DNA of 64,000 nt from an archaeon (GCA_020057295.1 JAGVGF010000003.1:187382-251381); one strand, 5' to 3'. Numbered from the stretch's first letter, positions 19,874 through 29,842 are shown. Notes: a model not told the origin generated them from the sequence alone. Program-made: numbers and translations.

Positions 19874-20530
19874 TTAATTTCCTCTTTCTAGAAGTTCTTT
19901 TATTATTTGTAAATCATATTCTCTTATAGGATCTGGTGCTTTTGTTATTCTTTCTTCTGCTAGTTTTAATTCTCTGAAAAGTAACCGATTTTCTAATGGG
20001 ACTCTTTCATTTCCTAGTGTTAGTGTTCTCCCTTTTCTTTCTATGTTGAGTACTACCGGAGTTTTGTGTGTGTAGGATATTGTACTTCCATCAATTTGAT
20101 CGTATGGTTTTAAATCTATAAGATGTGGAAAATCTTTTTTTTGTTTTGTTCCGAATATAAAATGATGTGCGAACGTACTCGAAATGTCTCTTTGTGTTGA
20201 TTCATGAAATATGCCTAAATACTTTGTTGATGATGTGTTTGTTAGCAAATCTCTTGTTAATGTTATGTATCCTTGATTTTTTAAACCAGCTATTAATCTA
20301 TGAAAATCTCTACGATCAAAACTTATATCTATATCGCAATGATGTCTTGTTAGTTGCGGCATTTCTAAATCTATGCATAGTCCGCCTGCTACATACCAGT
20401 TTATATCTAATCTATTCATTACGGACGCTACTTGTTCTACTTCGTCATACATGCGTTGTTGATAGATTGCGTTCGGAAGACTTAGTACTTTTTCTTTTTT
20501 AGAGTACAATTTAAAATGATACTTCTTCAT
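19874..20530 (-). CDS. Nucleotidyltransferase, aminoglycoside-2''-adenylyltransferase/Lnu-like fold
   Basis: WYVAGGLCID...RHHCDIDI (GG...RxHxDxD). Confidence 0.7.
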   Translation of the reverse strand: MKKYHFKLYSKKEKVLSLPNAIYQQRMYDEVEQVASVMNRLDINWYVAGGLCIDLEMPQLTRHHCDIDISFDRRDFHRLIAGLKNQGYITLTRDLLTNTSSTKYLGIFHESTQRDISSTFAHHFIFGTKQKKDFPHLIDLKPYDQIDGSTISYTHKTPVVLNIERKGRTLTLGNERVPLENRLLFRELKLAEERITKAPDPIREYDLQIIKELLERGN

Positions 20531-20665
20531 AGTAACTACAAAAGTGCTGTTTGTTTTATATAGTTTTTGTTTCCACTACATTTTTAAAGAACTTATTATT
20601 CTTTTTACAAAGTGCTTAACCGAAGGTTAACACTTACTTTTGATGTGACTTTTTGTAAAAGGCAC

Positions 20666-20737
20666 GCGGGTATAGCCAAGCGGTAAGGCAGTCGCCTGCA
20701 GAGCGACCATGCATGGGTTCAAATCCCATTACCCGCT
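20666..20737 (+). tRNA. tRNA-Cys(GCA), intronless
   Basis: GCGGGTA/TACCCGC acceptor, U73, GTCGC-CTGCAGA-GCGAC, ATGGG-TTCAAAT-CCCAT. Confidence 0.95.
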
Positions 20738-20810
20738 ATCTTTTTTAAAAAAAAGATAGGACCAAAAAACCATAAGGACGATACAAGATCGTCCGAAGAA
20801 CTTTTATTCT

Positions 20811-21236
20811 TTACTCAAAATAATCTTCGTATGAGAAATTTCTTCTGAATGGTTCGTATGTACAATTGCCTTTTTGTAGGATTACTGCATCGTCTAAGAA
20901 TTCTTTATATCTATTGATTAAATTTGTGCAATCTGTACATCTCTTGAAATCTGTTCCTATTTCTATGTCGAATTCTTTCTCATTTATTTTTATTAACTTG
21001 CTTGGTGTTGTGGCTTGTTCTTTGAAATATTTATGTATATTTTCTATGAATTTATTTTCGTTCATTGCATCTGATAATGTTATGTGTAGTATACATTTTT
21101 TTGGTGCACTAAAATTCACAACTTCTTTTTTGATAAGAATACATTTAGCTTTCTTCATTCTATCTTCTGTTTCCTGCTTATGTTGTATCGTGCTGGCTGG
21201 TAGCTTTAAACTTCCATCGGGATTGAATTGCATCAT
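20811..21236 (-). CDS. Hypothetical protein (CxxC)
   Basis: 141-aa ORF with typical composition; CTDC motif. Confidence 0.7.
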   Translation of the reverse strand: MMQFNPDGSLKLPASTIQHKQETEDRMKKAKCILIKKEVVNFSAPKKCILHITLSDAMNENKFIENIHKYFKEQATTPSKLIKINEKEFDIEIGTDFKRCTDCTNLINRYKEFLDDAVILQKGNCTYEPFRRNFSYEDYFE

Positions 21237-21325
21237 ATTCCAACAAATTTAGATTCGTTTAAAAGATTTGTGATTAATTTAAAGTTATAACAATATTTAA
21301 ATAACGTTGTGTTTAAAGTATTCTT

Positions 21326-21700
21326 ATGACAAAGAAATTATTTGCATTTTTTGCACTAATTGTATTATCCTTTCTTCTGGTTGGATGTACTAAACAACTT
21401 TCTTGTAAAAATGTAATAGACTCTATACTTAAAGAAAATAAAACCCTTGATATAAATACTACGCGTCAATTAATGGAGCAGAAATATATTTCTGAAGGTT
21501 CTATCTATCCAAAATTTGCTGAAGGAAATCGTGGCATTAATCCTCCTATATCCTATTTTGCTATCTTTATTTATAATGAGTCTGATAGGGGATATTATGA
21601 TAGAGAATATTATTATGTGAATGGCGGATTTTATAGTCAAAAATGGCATGGTCCGTATAAAGGAAATACTCCTGCAGAATGTCGTCCGCCTAGTAAATAA
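21326..21700 (+). CDS. Predicted lipoprotein
   Basis: MTKK-hydrophobic-LVGC lipobox; TTTAAATA box upstream. Confidence 0.7.
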   Translation: MTKKLFAFFALIVLSFLLVGCTKQLSCKNVIDSILKENKTLDINTTRQLMEQKYISEGSIYPKFAEGNRGINPPISYFAIFIYNESDRGYYDREYYYVNGGFYSQKWHGPYKGNTPAECRPPSK

Positions 21701-21708
21701 TTATAGAA

Positions 21709-22374
21709 TTATTTTCTTTTTCTAACTAATTCGTAAACGAAATATACTACAATCAAACTTAATGCTCCGATGAAGAACCACGCAATCATTTCTGATTGTA
21801 ACAACGGCCTAGATACACTTGTTGTCTGTGTAGCTGTTGTTGCAGTCTTAGAAAGTGCTTCTGAACTTGCTGCCATTAATTTTGGTGCAACATCTAAATT
21901 CGAACCTGTACTCATTTTGACTGAAGAGCCAGTAAATAATGAGAATGCTGATAAAACGAATCCTGCAGCAATTGTTATTATTCCTAATGGTAAGACTTTA
22001 TTTAATGCTTCCATAAATCTATTATTATCAGATTTTGGAGCTATAATTATGTATTTATTTGCTAACTTGTAATGATTTACTTCCTTACCTTTTGAGGAAT
22101 AATGGAATTCATCGACAATGACTAGATTAACATCCATTAATTGTTTTAGATTATAATGTATTGTAGAGATTGGAATATTCAGCTCTTTAGAAAGATCTGT
22201 TTCTGTACATTCTTTCTTTGCTAAATGATCTATTATCTTTCTTGAAGTTTCATTACTAATCACTTCAGCAATCTTCTTTGCTTTATTCTCTTCTAATGAT
22301 ATTAATAGGAAATTGTTTTGCATATTATCTTCCTTTTTCTGAACATTCTTTTCAGACATTCCTTCGGTCTTCAT
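21709..22374 (-). CDS. Membrane-anchored ArsR-like HTH transcription regulator
   Basis: ISNETSRKII...ISTIHYNLKQL HTH plus two C-terminal TM helices; start moved to 22374, behind a TTTAAATA box. Confidence 0.8.
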   Translation of the reverse strand: MKTEGMSEKNVQKKEDNMQNNFLLISLEENKAKKIAEVISNETSRKIIDHLAKKECTETDLSKELNIPISTIHYNLKQLMDVNLVIVDEFHYSSKGKEVNHYKLANKYIIIAPKSDNNRFMEALNKVLPLGIITIAAGFVLSAFSLFTGSSVKMSTGSNLDVAPKLMAASSEALSKTATTATQTTSVSRPLLQSEMIAWFFIGALSLIVVYFVYELVRKRK

Positions 22375-22490
22375 AATAGAACTAGAATAGTGGTATTTAA
22401 ATATGTTTTTGATTACAAACGAAATGGAAGTTATCATATTACACTAAATTTAAATATTCCTATGTGTGATTATGTGTTAAAAGAGGTGTA

Positions 22491-23447
22491 TTGTTGAATA
22501 TTAAAAAAATTCTTGGCGACGCTCCGCTGAATGAGTCGTTTTGGTTTAATAATGGCGTCGTGGTTAGGAACATCTATGAGTTAGTAGATGAATTAAAAAT
22601 ATTGAACGATTTCTATTTCAGGTATCATTCAAACGATACACGTGATGATTTTGGTGCATGGATAGGTGGGGTCTTAGAAGATGTTGAGTTAAGCGAAAAA
22701 TTAAGAGGAGTCAAGAATAAAGACAAATATATACATATTATAGAACATAGAATTAGGCATTTAGAACGTGTACGAAAACTTCAGGTTGTTAAACATTTAT
22801 TTATGGGAAGTGTTGTTGAATGGTCTAAGAAGTATAGTATCTTATCGAAAATTACTGTGCTCTTAATACTTCTTCTCGTCGGGATTATAGTATATGTACA
22901 ATACACATCTGTTGATAAGCTCAATACGATGTCAAATAAATTATCTTATCTTGAACAAAAAAGTGCATGTTACAATACTTATTTAGATCAAAAAATAACA
23001 GAGACACAATCATATGTTAATACTACATTCAGAGAACCTCTGCTTGAATGTCAGAAAGATTATTCATTATTAATAAACAATCCTGATCTAGAAAATATTC
23101 CTGAGAGAATATCCGTAAAGGATATGACTGTTCTAAGTAATGAAGTAATTTTGCGTCTTCAAAATCCTATATGGGCTGTGTTTGCTAACACTTCATCAAT
23201 GATTCCTGTGATTAATCATAATACTAAAGCTATACAGATCAAACCTAAGGATATTCAAGAAATAAATGTTGGAGACATTATCGCTTATAGTAGTGGAAAT
23301 GATATTATTATACATCGTGTAATAAGTAAAGAGCGAGATGATACGGGTTATTATTTAATAACAAAAGGGGACAATAACAATGTGGTAGATCCTACTAAAA
23401 TAAGATTTGAACAAGTCCAAGGAATAGTTGTTGCATTAATATATTAA
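22491..23447 (+). CDS. DUF5752-like N-terminal domain + TM + S26 (signal peptidase I-like) domain
   Basis: FWFNNG..NIYEL..FRYH..DDFGAWI..V; NTSSMIP, IIHRV, TKGDNN (Ser-His S26 boxes). Confidence 0.7.
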   Translation: MLNIKKILGDAPLNESFWFNNGVVVRNIYELVDELKILNDFYFRYHSNDTRDDFGAWIGGVLEDVELSEKLRGVKNKDKYIHIIEHRIRHLERVRKLQVVKHLFMGSVVEWSKKYSILSKITVLLILLLVGIIVYVQYTSVDKLNTMSNKLSYLEQKSACYNTYLDQKITETQSYVNTTFREPLLECQKDYSLLINNPDLENIPERISVKDMTVLSNEVILRLQNPIWAVFANTSSMIPVINHNTKAIQIKPKDIQEINVGDIIAYSSGNDIIIHRVISKERDDTGYYLITKGDNNNVVDPTKIRFEQVQGIVVALIY

Positions 23448-23530
23448 TTAATGAAAAATTTTTCTATATTATTTTAGAATTTTTACTAGTAACTTAAAGT
23501 CATTTCATTCCTGGCATCGAGATATTCTTT

Positions 23531-24772
23531 TCATTCATATCTCAATGCATCTACTGGTTTTAGTTTAGATGCTTGATATGCTGGAATAATGCCTGCTATT
23601 ACCCCTACACCGACTGATACTGCAATTGCCATAAGCATAGAATTTAATGATACGATAGCTGTAAATCCTCCTCTTGCAAATGGAACTGTGCCTCCTCCTA
23701 TTAGTGATGGTAATATTCCTGAGAGTATTCCTCCAATAATTATTCCTATTGCTCCACCAACGAACCCTATTAGTGCTGAATTAAATAAAAATATTAAAAG
23801 TATGTCTTTATTTGCTGCTCCTATCGCTTTCATTATTCCTATCTCTTTAGTTTTTTCTAGAACTGACGTAAACATGGTATTTGCAACTCCTACTGCTCCT
23901 ACAATAAGTGATACTGCTGCTAATGCTACAAGAAATGCTGTTACTGAACTAAGAGCAGCTGCCCTTGTAGCTTGTTGTTGTGCATTTGATGATATAGAAA
24001 AGTCTTGAGTAGCTGCTGTTACATGTCTAGAATTCATTAACCTATTTTCTATATCTGTCATTGTTTCATTTAGTAAATCTTGATCCTTCATCTTTATTAT
24101 GAGTGTATCAAATATGTTCTGTTCCTTGTTTGGTATGATTTGGAATGCCATATCTATAGGCATATATATCGAGCTACTTTGATCATTTAATATCCCTACG
24201 ACTCTATAAGAATTTCCTTCAATGCTTATTACTTGATTAATTCCTACAGGCTTACTAAAATAAGTTGATGCTAGTCTGCCTCCTATTACTATAACATTTT
24301 GGTCTGCAGAGTCTAGAAATCTTCCTTCTTTAATTGTACTTGTAGTAATTTGAGACCATACCTTTTGATCAACACCTGTCACACTTACTGTCCCGTTTTT
24401 ACTTAAGTATGATACTTTTACGTTTCCACGTATTTCTGTATCTACAAGATATACATTAGGAGTTCCTCTTAATACTTGAACATCTGTTCTTGTAAGAGTT
24501 ACGGCTTTAGTTGTGGCTTGTCCTCCTCCCCCGCCAAAGTCTCTTCCTCCAAAACTATTTCCTCCTCGAGAAAATCCTGGAGTAACTGTCAATATATCTC
24601 CTCCAAGTCCATTTAGTTGAGATTCTAAAGATGCTTGTGCACCTCCAGCAATTGAAACTATAGCAATAACTGCTGCAACACCTATTACTATTCCAATTAT
24701 GGTAAGCCAACTTCTAAGCTTACTATGAAGCACCATTCCTAATGCATGTTTGAAGCATTTGTATACTTTCAT
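23531..24772 (-). CDS. MacB/FtsX-family ABC permease
   Basis: RSWLTIIGIVIG, SVLEKTKEIGIMKAIGA, PAYQASKLKPVDALRYE. Confidence 0.92.
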   Translation of the reverse strand: MKVYKCFKHALGMVLHSKLRSWLTIIGIVIGVAAVIAIVSIAGGAQASLESQLNGLGGDILTVTPGFSRGGNSFGGRDFGGGGGQATTKAVTLTRTDVQVLRGTPNVYLVDTEIRGNVKVSYLSKNGTVSVTGVDQKVWSQITTSTIKEGRFLDSADQNVIVIGGRLASTYFSKPVGINQVISIEGNSYRVVGILNDQSSSIYMPIDMAFQIIPNKEQNIFDTLIIKMKDQDLLNETMTDIENRLMNSRHVTAATQDFSISSNAQQQATRAAALSSVTAFLVALAAVSLIVGAVGVANTMFTSVLEKTKEIGIMKAIGAANKDILLIFLFNSALIGFVGGAIGIIIGGILSGILPSLIGGGTVPFARGGFTAIVSLNSMLMAIAVSVGVGVIAGIIPAYQASKLKPVDALRYE

Positions 24773-24808
24773 GTGTTGATTTTCTTACAGTTTTTTATTC
24801 AATAAATT

Positions 24809-26173
24809 TTATTTCTTTTTTCCGCTAAAAAAATCTTTTATTTTCTCTTGACCTGATGTTTTTGTATTTTTTACTCTTTTATACACAAAATATCCTACTA
24901 TTAGAATAACTAATATTATTATATACATTCCATATTGTGTAAAGAATCCTTGATTTTGTGTACTTGATATTCTTCCAGCATATGTCTGATTTGTTGAAAA
25001 CATTTGAGCTGATACTTTGATACTTTTTGTAATAATTCTTCTTGCTCCTGTAGTATCAGTATATGATAATTGAACACTTAATTCGCCAGGATTATTAGAA
25101 ACATTCATGTTACCAAATCCGCTCCCATTATTCTGACTATTTCGTGTTCTATTTTGTTGTGTTGATGCTCCTGATTGAAGTTTGAAACTTGCAACAGTAT
25201 AATCTCCTTTATTTAGATTTCCTATAATCACAGAGCTTGTTCCTGTTACTGTCCATCCTCTTTGTTCTGGAATACTTACAGACACTGATGTTGCAGGATT
25301 GCTTCCGATATTCGCGATGCTGAGTGATGTTGTTCCACTGGAACTATCTGATAATGCTACATCAAAATCTGTCTCTCCACCAACATATACTCCCGCAATT
25401 GTTGAAATTGTTTTTTGAGTATTATTTAATGTATCGTAGTAAGATAAGTATAGATTTAATTTGTATAATCCTGCTGCAGCATTTGAGTCAGCAACAACAT
25501 CATATTCTAAATCTGTACTATTATTTATTTCTATATACTTCATATATCTCGTATTATCGCTTCCGACTGGTAATATGGTGTTACCGTCATTTGTCCAGTA
25601 AAATGTTAAATCTCTAAGTGGAGAATTACCAACATTATTTATTCTAAAAGTTAATGTGTCTTGTTTTCCGGGTGTTAATAATGTTTTATCGATATGTATC
25701 ACTTCAGCGTTTGATCTTGAACTTACAGCAACGTACAAACTCTTTTGAACAATATTTCCTGATGCTCCATCAGAATATTTTAATTTAAATTCATATTGTC
25801 CTCCTATAGTGTCTTTGTTAACTTTAACCTTGTATGTTATTATTTTCATGTCTGTAGATCCTATTGCTCCTTGATATGCGTTCATTGTTCCAATATCTTG
25901 CACAGGATTATCTCCTGGAACAAGCTCGAATGGATAGCTCGGATTAAACTCTACACGTAAATCATTGACGGCTTGTCCACCATCATTTATTATTCCAATT
26001 TTTACTTCCACAATGTCTCCTGCCATAGCAGGGCTTGGATTTTGACTTACAAGACTCAGAGATAATGATGCTGGATCTGATGCATACACTATTGATACAA
26101 ATAGTAATGCAACCGTCATTAATCTTAAAACTAGTATACTTGTTTTTCTAATATTTTCATTAATCTTTTTCAT
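24809..26173 (-). CDS. COG1361 S-layer-domain / Ig-fold membrane protein
   Basis: Signal anchor, QNPSPAMAG, repeated INNVG/IANIG Ig modules, C-terminal TM; typical context between ABC ATPase and permease. Confidence 0.8.
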   Translation of the reverse strand: MKKINENIRKTSILVLRLMTVALLFVSIVYASDPASLSLSLVSQNPSPAMAGDIVEVKIGIINDGGQAVNDLRVEFNPSYPFELVPGDNPVQDIGTMNAYQGAIGSTDMKIITYKVKVNKDTIGGQYEFKLKYSDGASGNIVQKSLYVAVSSRSNAEVIHIDKTLLTPGKQDTLTFRINNVGNSPLRDLTFYWTNDGNTILPVGSDNTRYMKYIEINNSTDLEYDVVADSNAAAGLYKLNLYLSYYDTLNNTQKTISTIAGVYVGGETDFDVALSDSSSGTTSLSIANIGSNPATSVSVSIPEQRGWTVTGTSSVIIGNLNKGDYTVASFKLQSGASTQQNRTRNSQNNGSGFGNMNVSNNPGELSVQLSYTDTTGARRIITKSIKVSAQMFSTNQTYAGRISSTQNQGFFTQYGMYIIILVILIVGYFVYKRVKNTKTSGQEKIKDFFSGKKK

Positions 26174-26174
26174 T

Positions 26175-26888
26175 TTACGCACCTTCTGATTTTTGATGTT
26201 TTCTAATAATTTCACCATCCTTTAACTCGATGGTTGTATGAGCATATTTTGCTAAATTTAAGTCATGTGTTACCATTATGATTGTTTTTCCTTGTTCTTT
26301 CCATAATTTTGTTAACATCTCTAATAATTCTTTACCAGTATTACTATCTAAAGCTCCTGTCGGTTCATCAGCGAGTAATATTTCAGGATTGCTCGCAAGA
26401 CTTCTTGCAATTGAAACACGTTGTTGCTGTCCTCCAGATAATTGTGTAGGTCTATTATTTATTTTGTCTGATAATCCTACAGTTTTTAATAATTCAGTCA
26501 CACGTGCTCTAGCATTTGTATCATCATGTTCTAAGAATTCTAATGGCAAAAGTACATTTTCAAAAGCTGATAATGATGGTATAAGATTATATTGTTGAAA
26601 TATGAATCCTATTGTTTTTCCTCTTAATGCAGCAAGCTCTGATTCGCTCATACTAGTTATATCTCTAGATTTTAGGAATATTCTGCCTTTCGTTGGTACG
26701 TCAAGACATCCCATAAGGTTCATCATAGTACTCTTTCCAGATCCTGATGCACCGATTATTGCAACAAAATCTCCTCTCTTTATTTCTACAGTGATGTTCT
26801 TTAATGCTGTAACATCTACTTCACCCATACTGTATGTCTTCCAGACATCTTTTAGTTCAAGTATAGTTTCGTTAGTGTTTTTTGACAT
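26175..26888 (-). CDS. ABC transporter ATP-binding protein (LolD/MacB type)
   Basis: GASGSGKST, LSGGQQQR, LADEPTG, VTHD. Confidence 0.95.
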   Translation of the reverse strand: MSKNTNETILELKDVWKTYSMGEVDVTALKNITVEIKRGDFVAIIGASGSGKSTMMNLMGCLDVPTKGRIFLKSRDITSMSESELAALRGKTIGFIFQQYNLIPSLSAFENVLLPLEFLEHDDTNARARVTELLKTVGLSDKINNRPTQLSGGQQQRVSIARSLASNPEILLADEPTGALDSNTGKELLEMLTKLWKEQGKTIIMVTHDLNLAKYAHTTIELKDGEIIRKHQKSEGA

Positions 26889-26958
26889 AATGACTCAGTA
26901 TAATATCTAATATTGCTCTTCTATATAACTCTTACTCAGAATCGATTTATAAACCATA

Positions 26959-26973
26959 TGGACTTGCAGTCCA
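26959..26973. promoter_or_regulatory. Palindrome TGGAC-N5-GTCCA in divergent promoter region
   Basis: Perfect 5-bp inverted repeat, GC-rich in an AT-rich spacer, next to a TTTATAAA box. Confidence 0.4.
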
Positions 26974-27007
26974 CCTTTTTTATATATCCTGACTCGTGTT
27001 CTGAAAT

Positions 27008-27106
27008 GCCAAAGAAATTCGTGTAAATTTCTTGGCCCAAAAAATCTTAAAGATTTCTTTGGGATCAAAAACTATATATTGCGGGTTTTAGTTCATAGTT
27101 TTTGAC
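27008..27106. repeat. Three-hairpin structured intergenic element, copy A
   Basis: GCCAAAGAAATT/AATTTCTTGGC; CCCAAAAAATCT/AGATTTCTTTGGG; TCAAAAACTAT/ATAGTTTTTGA. Confidence 0.6.
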
Positions 27107-27141
27107 ATAAGTTTATATATTTGTAAGGATTGGTGATATTT

Positions 27142-27810
27142 ATGGCTGTAGGCATTCCTCCTGTATTTAGTCCATGGATTTTTGGTATAGAATTAGCATT
27201 CGCTTTAGCTACATTATTATTATGTTTGCTTGTATATTTTAAGACTCGAGAAATTTATAGTCTCACGAAGCATGAGGGAATAAGATACTTCAGGGATGCG
27301 TTTTTATTCTTTGGTCTATCTTACTTGTTAAGATTCTTATTTGAATTGTCAAGATTTTCTATGACTTTTTTTGATTTAGATATATCAAGAGAAGTTGTCG
27401 GTCCAATATTTATCTTTTTGCTAGGATATTTTAGCACTATGGCTATATTATATCTTATATTTACATCACTTTGGAAACGTCTTTCTGGAAAGAATTTTTT
27501 AATAGCAGGACATGTAGTAGCTGTTATTCTTTCTGTTGTAACATTTCTAACAAGATCGCACATACTCTTAGTAATACTTCAAGCATTACTTTTAGTTACT
27601 GCCCTAATTTTAGGATTAATAAGTAAGAATGTGAAGAAAAAGATATCAAAGACAAAAATACTTTACGTTTTGATATTTGCATTATGGCTCATAAATTTGT
27701 TTGTGTTAGAGCGTCGAAGATTGCCTTTTGATATCTCATTACTATTTGAAATAATCTCATTAGCAGTTCTTGTAGCATTGTATTACAGAATAACTAAATG
27801 GATTAAATAA
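27142..27810 (+). CDS. 7-TM membrane protein (sensor-like)
   Basis: About 7 hydrophobic helices; GGTGA SD before ATG 27142. Confidence 0.75.
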   Translation: MAVGIPPVFSPWIFGIELAFALATLLLCLLVYFKTREIYSLTKHEGIRYFRDAFLFFGLSYLLRFLFELSRFSMTFFDLDISREVVGPIFIFLLGYFSTMAILYLIFTSLWKRLSGKNFLIAGHVVAVILSVVTFLTRSHILLVILQALLLVTALILGLISKNVKKKISKTKILYVLIFALWLINLFVLERRRLPFDISLLFEIISLAVLVALYYRITKWIK

Positions 27811-27834
27811 TTTTAGATTATAACATAAAATAGA

Positions 27835-28119
27835 GTGATATGGTTGGTTAAAAAACGTGATAGATTAGGAGTAATATATAGTATATTAAAAATAATTATG
27901 GAAAATCATAACTCCATAAGATCTACTCCTCTTCTTAGAAAGTCTAATCTCTCATCAAGTGGTTTTAGCGATTATTATGATGAACTAATCTCTAAAGAAT
28001 TAATCAAAGAGATAGTTGATGATTCGGGTAAAAAATATTTAACATTAACAGATAAAGGATTTTTATACTTAGAAAGATATAAATTCATCCAAGGATTCAT
28101 TGAAGAATTTGAATTATAA
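27835..28119 (+). CDS. Small winged-helix DNA-binding protein (archaeal HTH_45-like)
   Basis: KRDRLGVIYSIL...SNLS...YYDEL...LTDKG. Confidence 0.8.
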   Translation: MIWLVKKRDRLGVIYSILKIIMENHNSIRSTPLLRKSNLSSSGFSDYYDELISKELIKEIVDDSGKKYLTLTDKGFLYLERYKFIQGFIEEFEL

Positions 28120-28692
28120 TTATTTTATCTCTAATAATTTATCTGGGATTTTCTTTACATCTATTCCCCATCTTTTTAACTGTTTCTTGACTGCTTCTCC
28201 TGTAATTATTGTTGCAAATCCGTCATGAGATAATCTTTGTAGTAGAACATATCCGTTATGTAGTTGTTCATTTTTAGGTTTATCATGTTCGCCAGAAGAA
28301 TATAGTATAGTATACATTTCATCTTTTTTTGGAATTGGATTTAGTTCAAATATTTCTGTTATCTTTTCAAAAAAGGGTGTGTTATGTTTTATAAAATCTA
28401 TATTTATGCAAAAATTATAGTTTGATTTTACAAATAATCCTTTATCTGATTTGTTTCTTCTATCATATTTGCTGAATCCTCTATGTACGTAATCTCCTAT
28501 TTCAAAGGGTCCTTGTACATTAAATAAACTAAAATACGAGAATCCTTCTCCTCTATGCAAAAGTAATGGAAAACTTTCAGATGTAGAGTATCTTTCTGCC
28601 ATCTTGTAGAGTCCTATGTTTGGAAAAATATGTGCTTCTCTAACTACTTCTGTTTCGAGATTCATTCTTTTTCCAAGAGTAACTATCTTCAT
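28120..28692 (-). CDS. Hypothetical protein
   Basis: 190-aa ORF with upstream TTTATAA box. Confidence 0.6.
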   Translation of the reverse strand: MKIVTLGKRMNLETEVVREAHIFPNIGLYKMAERYSTSESFPLLLHRGEGFSYFSLFNVQGPFEIGDYVHRGFSKYDRRNKSDKGLFVKSNYNFCINIDFIKHNTPFFEKITEIFELNPIPKKDEMYTILYSSGEHDKPKNEQLHNGYVLLQRLSHDGFATIITGEAVKKQLKRWGIDVKKIPDKLLEIK

Positions 28693-28798
28693 ATTTTGTG
28701 TAATTTTGAGGTAATTATAAATGTTGTTGTTTTTACCATTTATAAGTGATTAATACCTTTCTAGTAACCTTTTTAAATACGAAAATCTCTCTATTTTA

Positions 28799-29117
28799 TG
28801 TAGGGTAGCGCTTGGTTGTGGGTAGCACATCTTAAACGGTGTGCAGCTCAGGAAAGTCCGCCCACTAAATAAAGGTCACTTACGGAAGTAAGAACTCTAA
28901 TAAGGTTGGCTCCAACTCAGAAACGGAACCTGATGTTATAGGGATGATGGATAAAATTCTTGGCGACAAGATAATAAATCCTGACGTCGTGACATCGATG
29001 GTTGAAACGGTTAGTCCTGACCAGTGCAACTGCAGAACGCAGGCTTAGTCGAATACCAAGAAGATTTGCTCGTCGCAAGGCGAAGATCTACAGAAGGCGG
29101 CTTACAACTACCCTACA
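28799..29117 (+). ncRNA. rnpB: Archaeal RNase P RNA
   Basis: P1 TGTAGGGTAG/CTACCCTACA; CR-I AGGAAAGTCCGCC, CR-II AGAAA, CR-III TGAAAC, CR-V ACAGAAGGCGGCTTA; TATA upstream, T-tract downstream. Confidence 0.93.
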
Positions 29118-29221
29118 ACTTTTTTTATTTCAATAATTCTAGATTTTGTTTATCACTATAACATAGTAATATTTTTAAACAGATTTTGTTTCCTATTCTT
29201 ATGATTCCATACTATAAAACT

Positions 29222-29812
29222 ATGATTGGTAAAAGGGATGTTCTTACAAAAAGACTTAACATTGATCGATTAGATATGCCTGTGGATGTTATACGTGCTG
29301 AAGAAGGTTTAGTTGTAAATCATGAATATTTGAATCTAGTAGGATATTTTACGTGGGAAGACTTTCGTCTAGCATATGATTCAGAAAAGAAAATAATCGA
29401 GTATGCAGATAAAAATTCAAAGACTGCTAAAGAATTTGAGCAAGTAATAGAAGAATTAGTTGATCAAGAAAAATTTGATGTTGAAAATTTAAGTAATCAT
29501 GAAGTGGGTATAGCTTCATTAGTTTTTGCACTATCTGCTTTTTGCTGCGCACCAATATCTGGATGCCGAGCTCATCCAAACGGATCATATTCTGATGCTC
29601 CATCTGTAGGATTATATGCTCCAAAGAGAAAAGCCAAAACATTACTACGTATTGCGCAATATTCTACTGTTGGAATAGTAAATAATGATAACATGGATGC
29701 TGCTGGCGGTATAGAAATATATGCTCATACAGTCACAGATCTTATGCAATATGCACACAACTTATTCGTATCACAAAATCCTTCTGCAAAAAATAAAAGA
29801 TTAATCAAATAA
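29222..29812 (+). CDS. Hypothetical protein (ISGCRAH motif)
   Basis: ORF with E-x-GI-x2-LV-x-AL...SGC-x2-H pattern. Confidence 0.6.
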   Translation: MIGKRDVLTKRLNIDRLDMPVDVIRAEEGLVVNHEYLNLVGYFTWEDFRLAYDSEKKIIEYADKNSKTAKEFEQVIEELVDQEKFDVENLSNHEVGIASLVFALSAFCCAPISGCRAHPNGSYSDAPSVGLYAPKRKAKTLLRIAQYSTVGIVNNDNMDAAGGIEIYAHTVTDLMQYAHNLFVSQNPSAKNKRLIK

Positions 29813-29842
29813 CTTTATATATAGTTTTTCTATAATTATTTT

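Noticed and set aside
20737-20795. Hairpins after tRNA-Cys (TATCTTTTTT/AAAAAAGATA; GGACGAT/ATCGTCC)
   Set aside because: Adequately explained as terminator structures between convergent transcripts; only weak similarity to the three-hairpin element.
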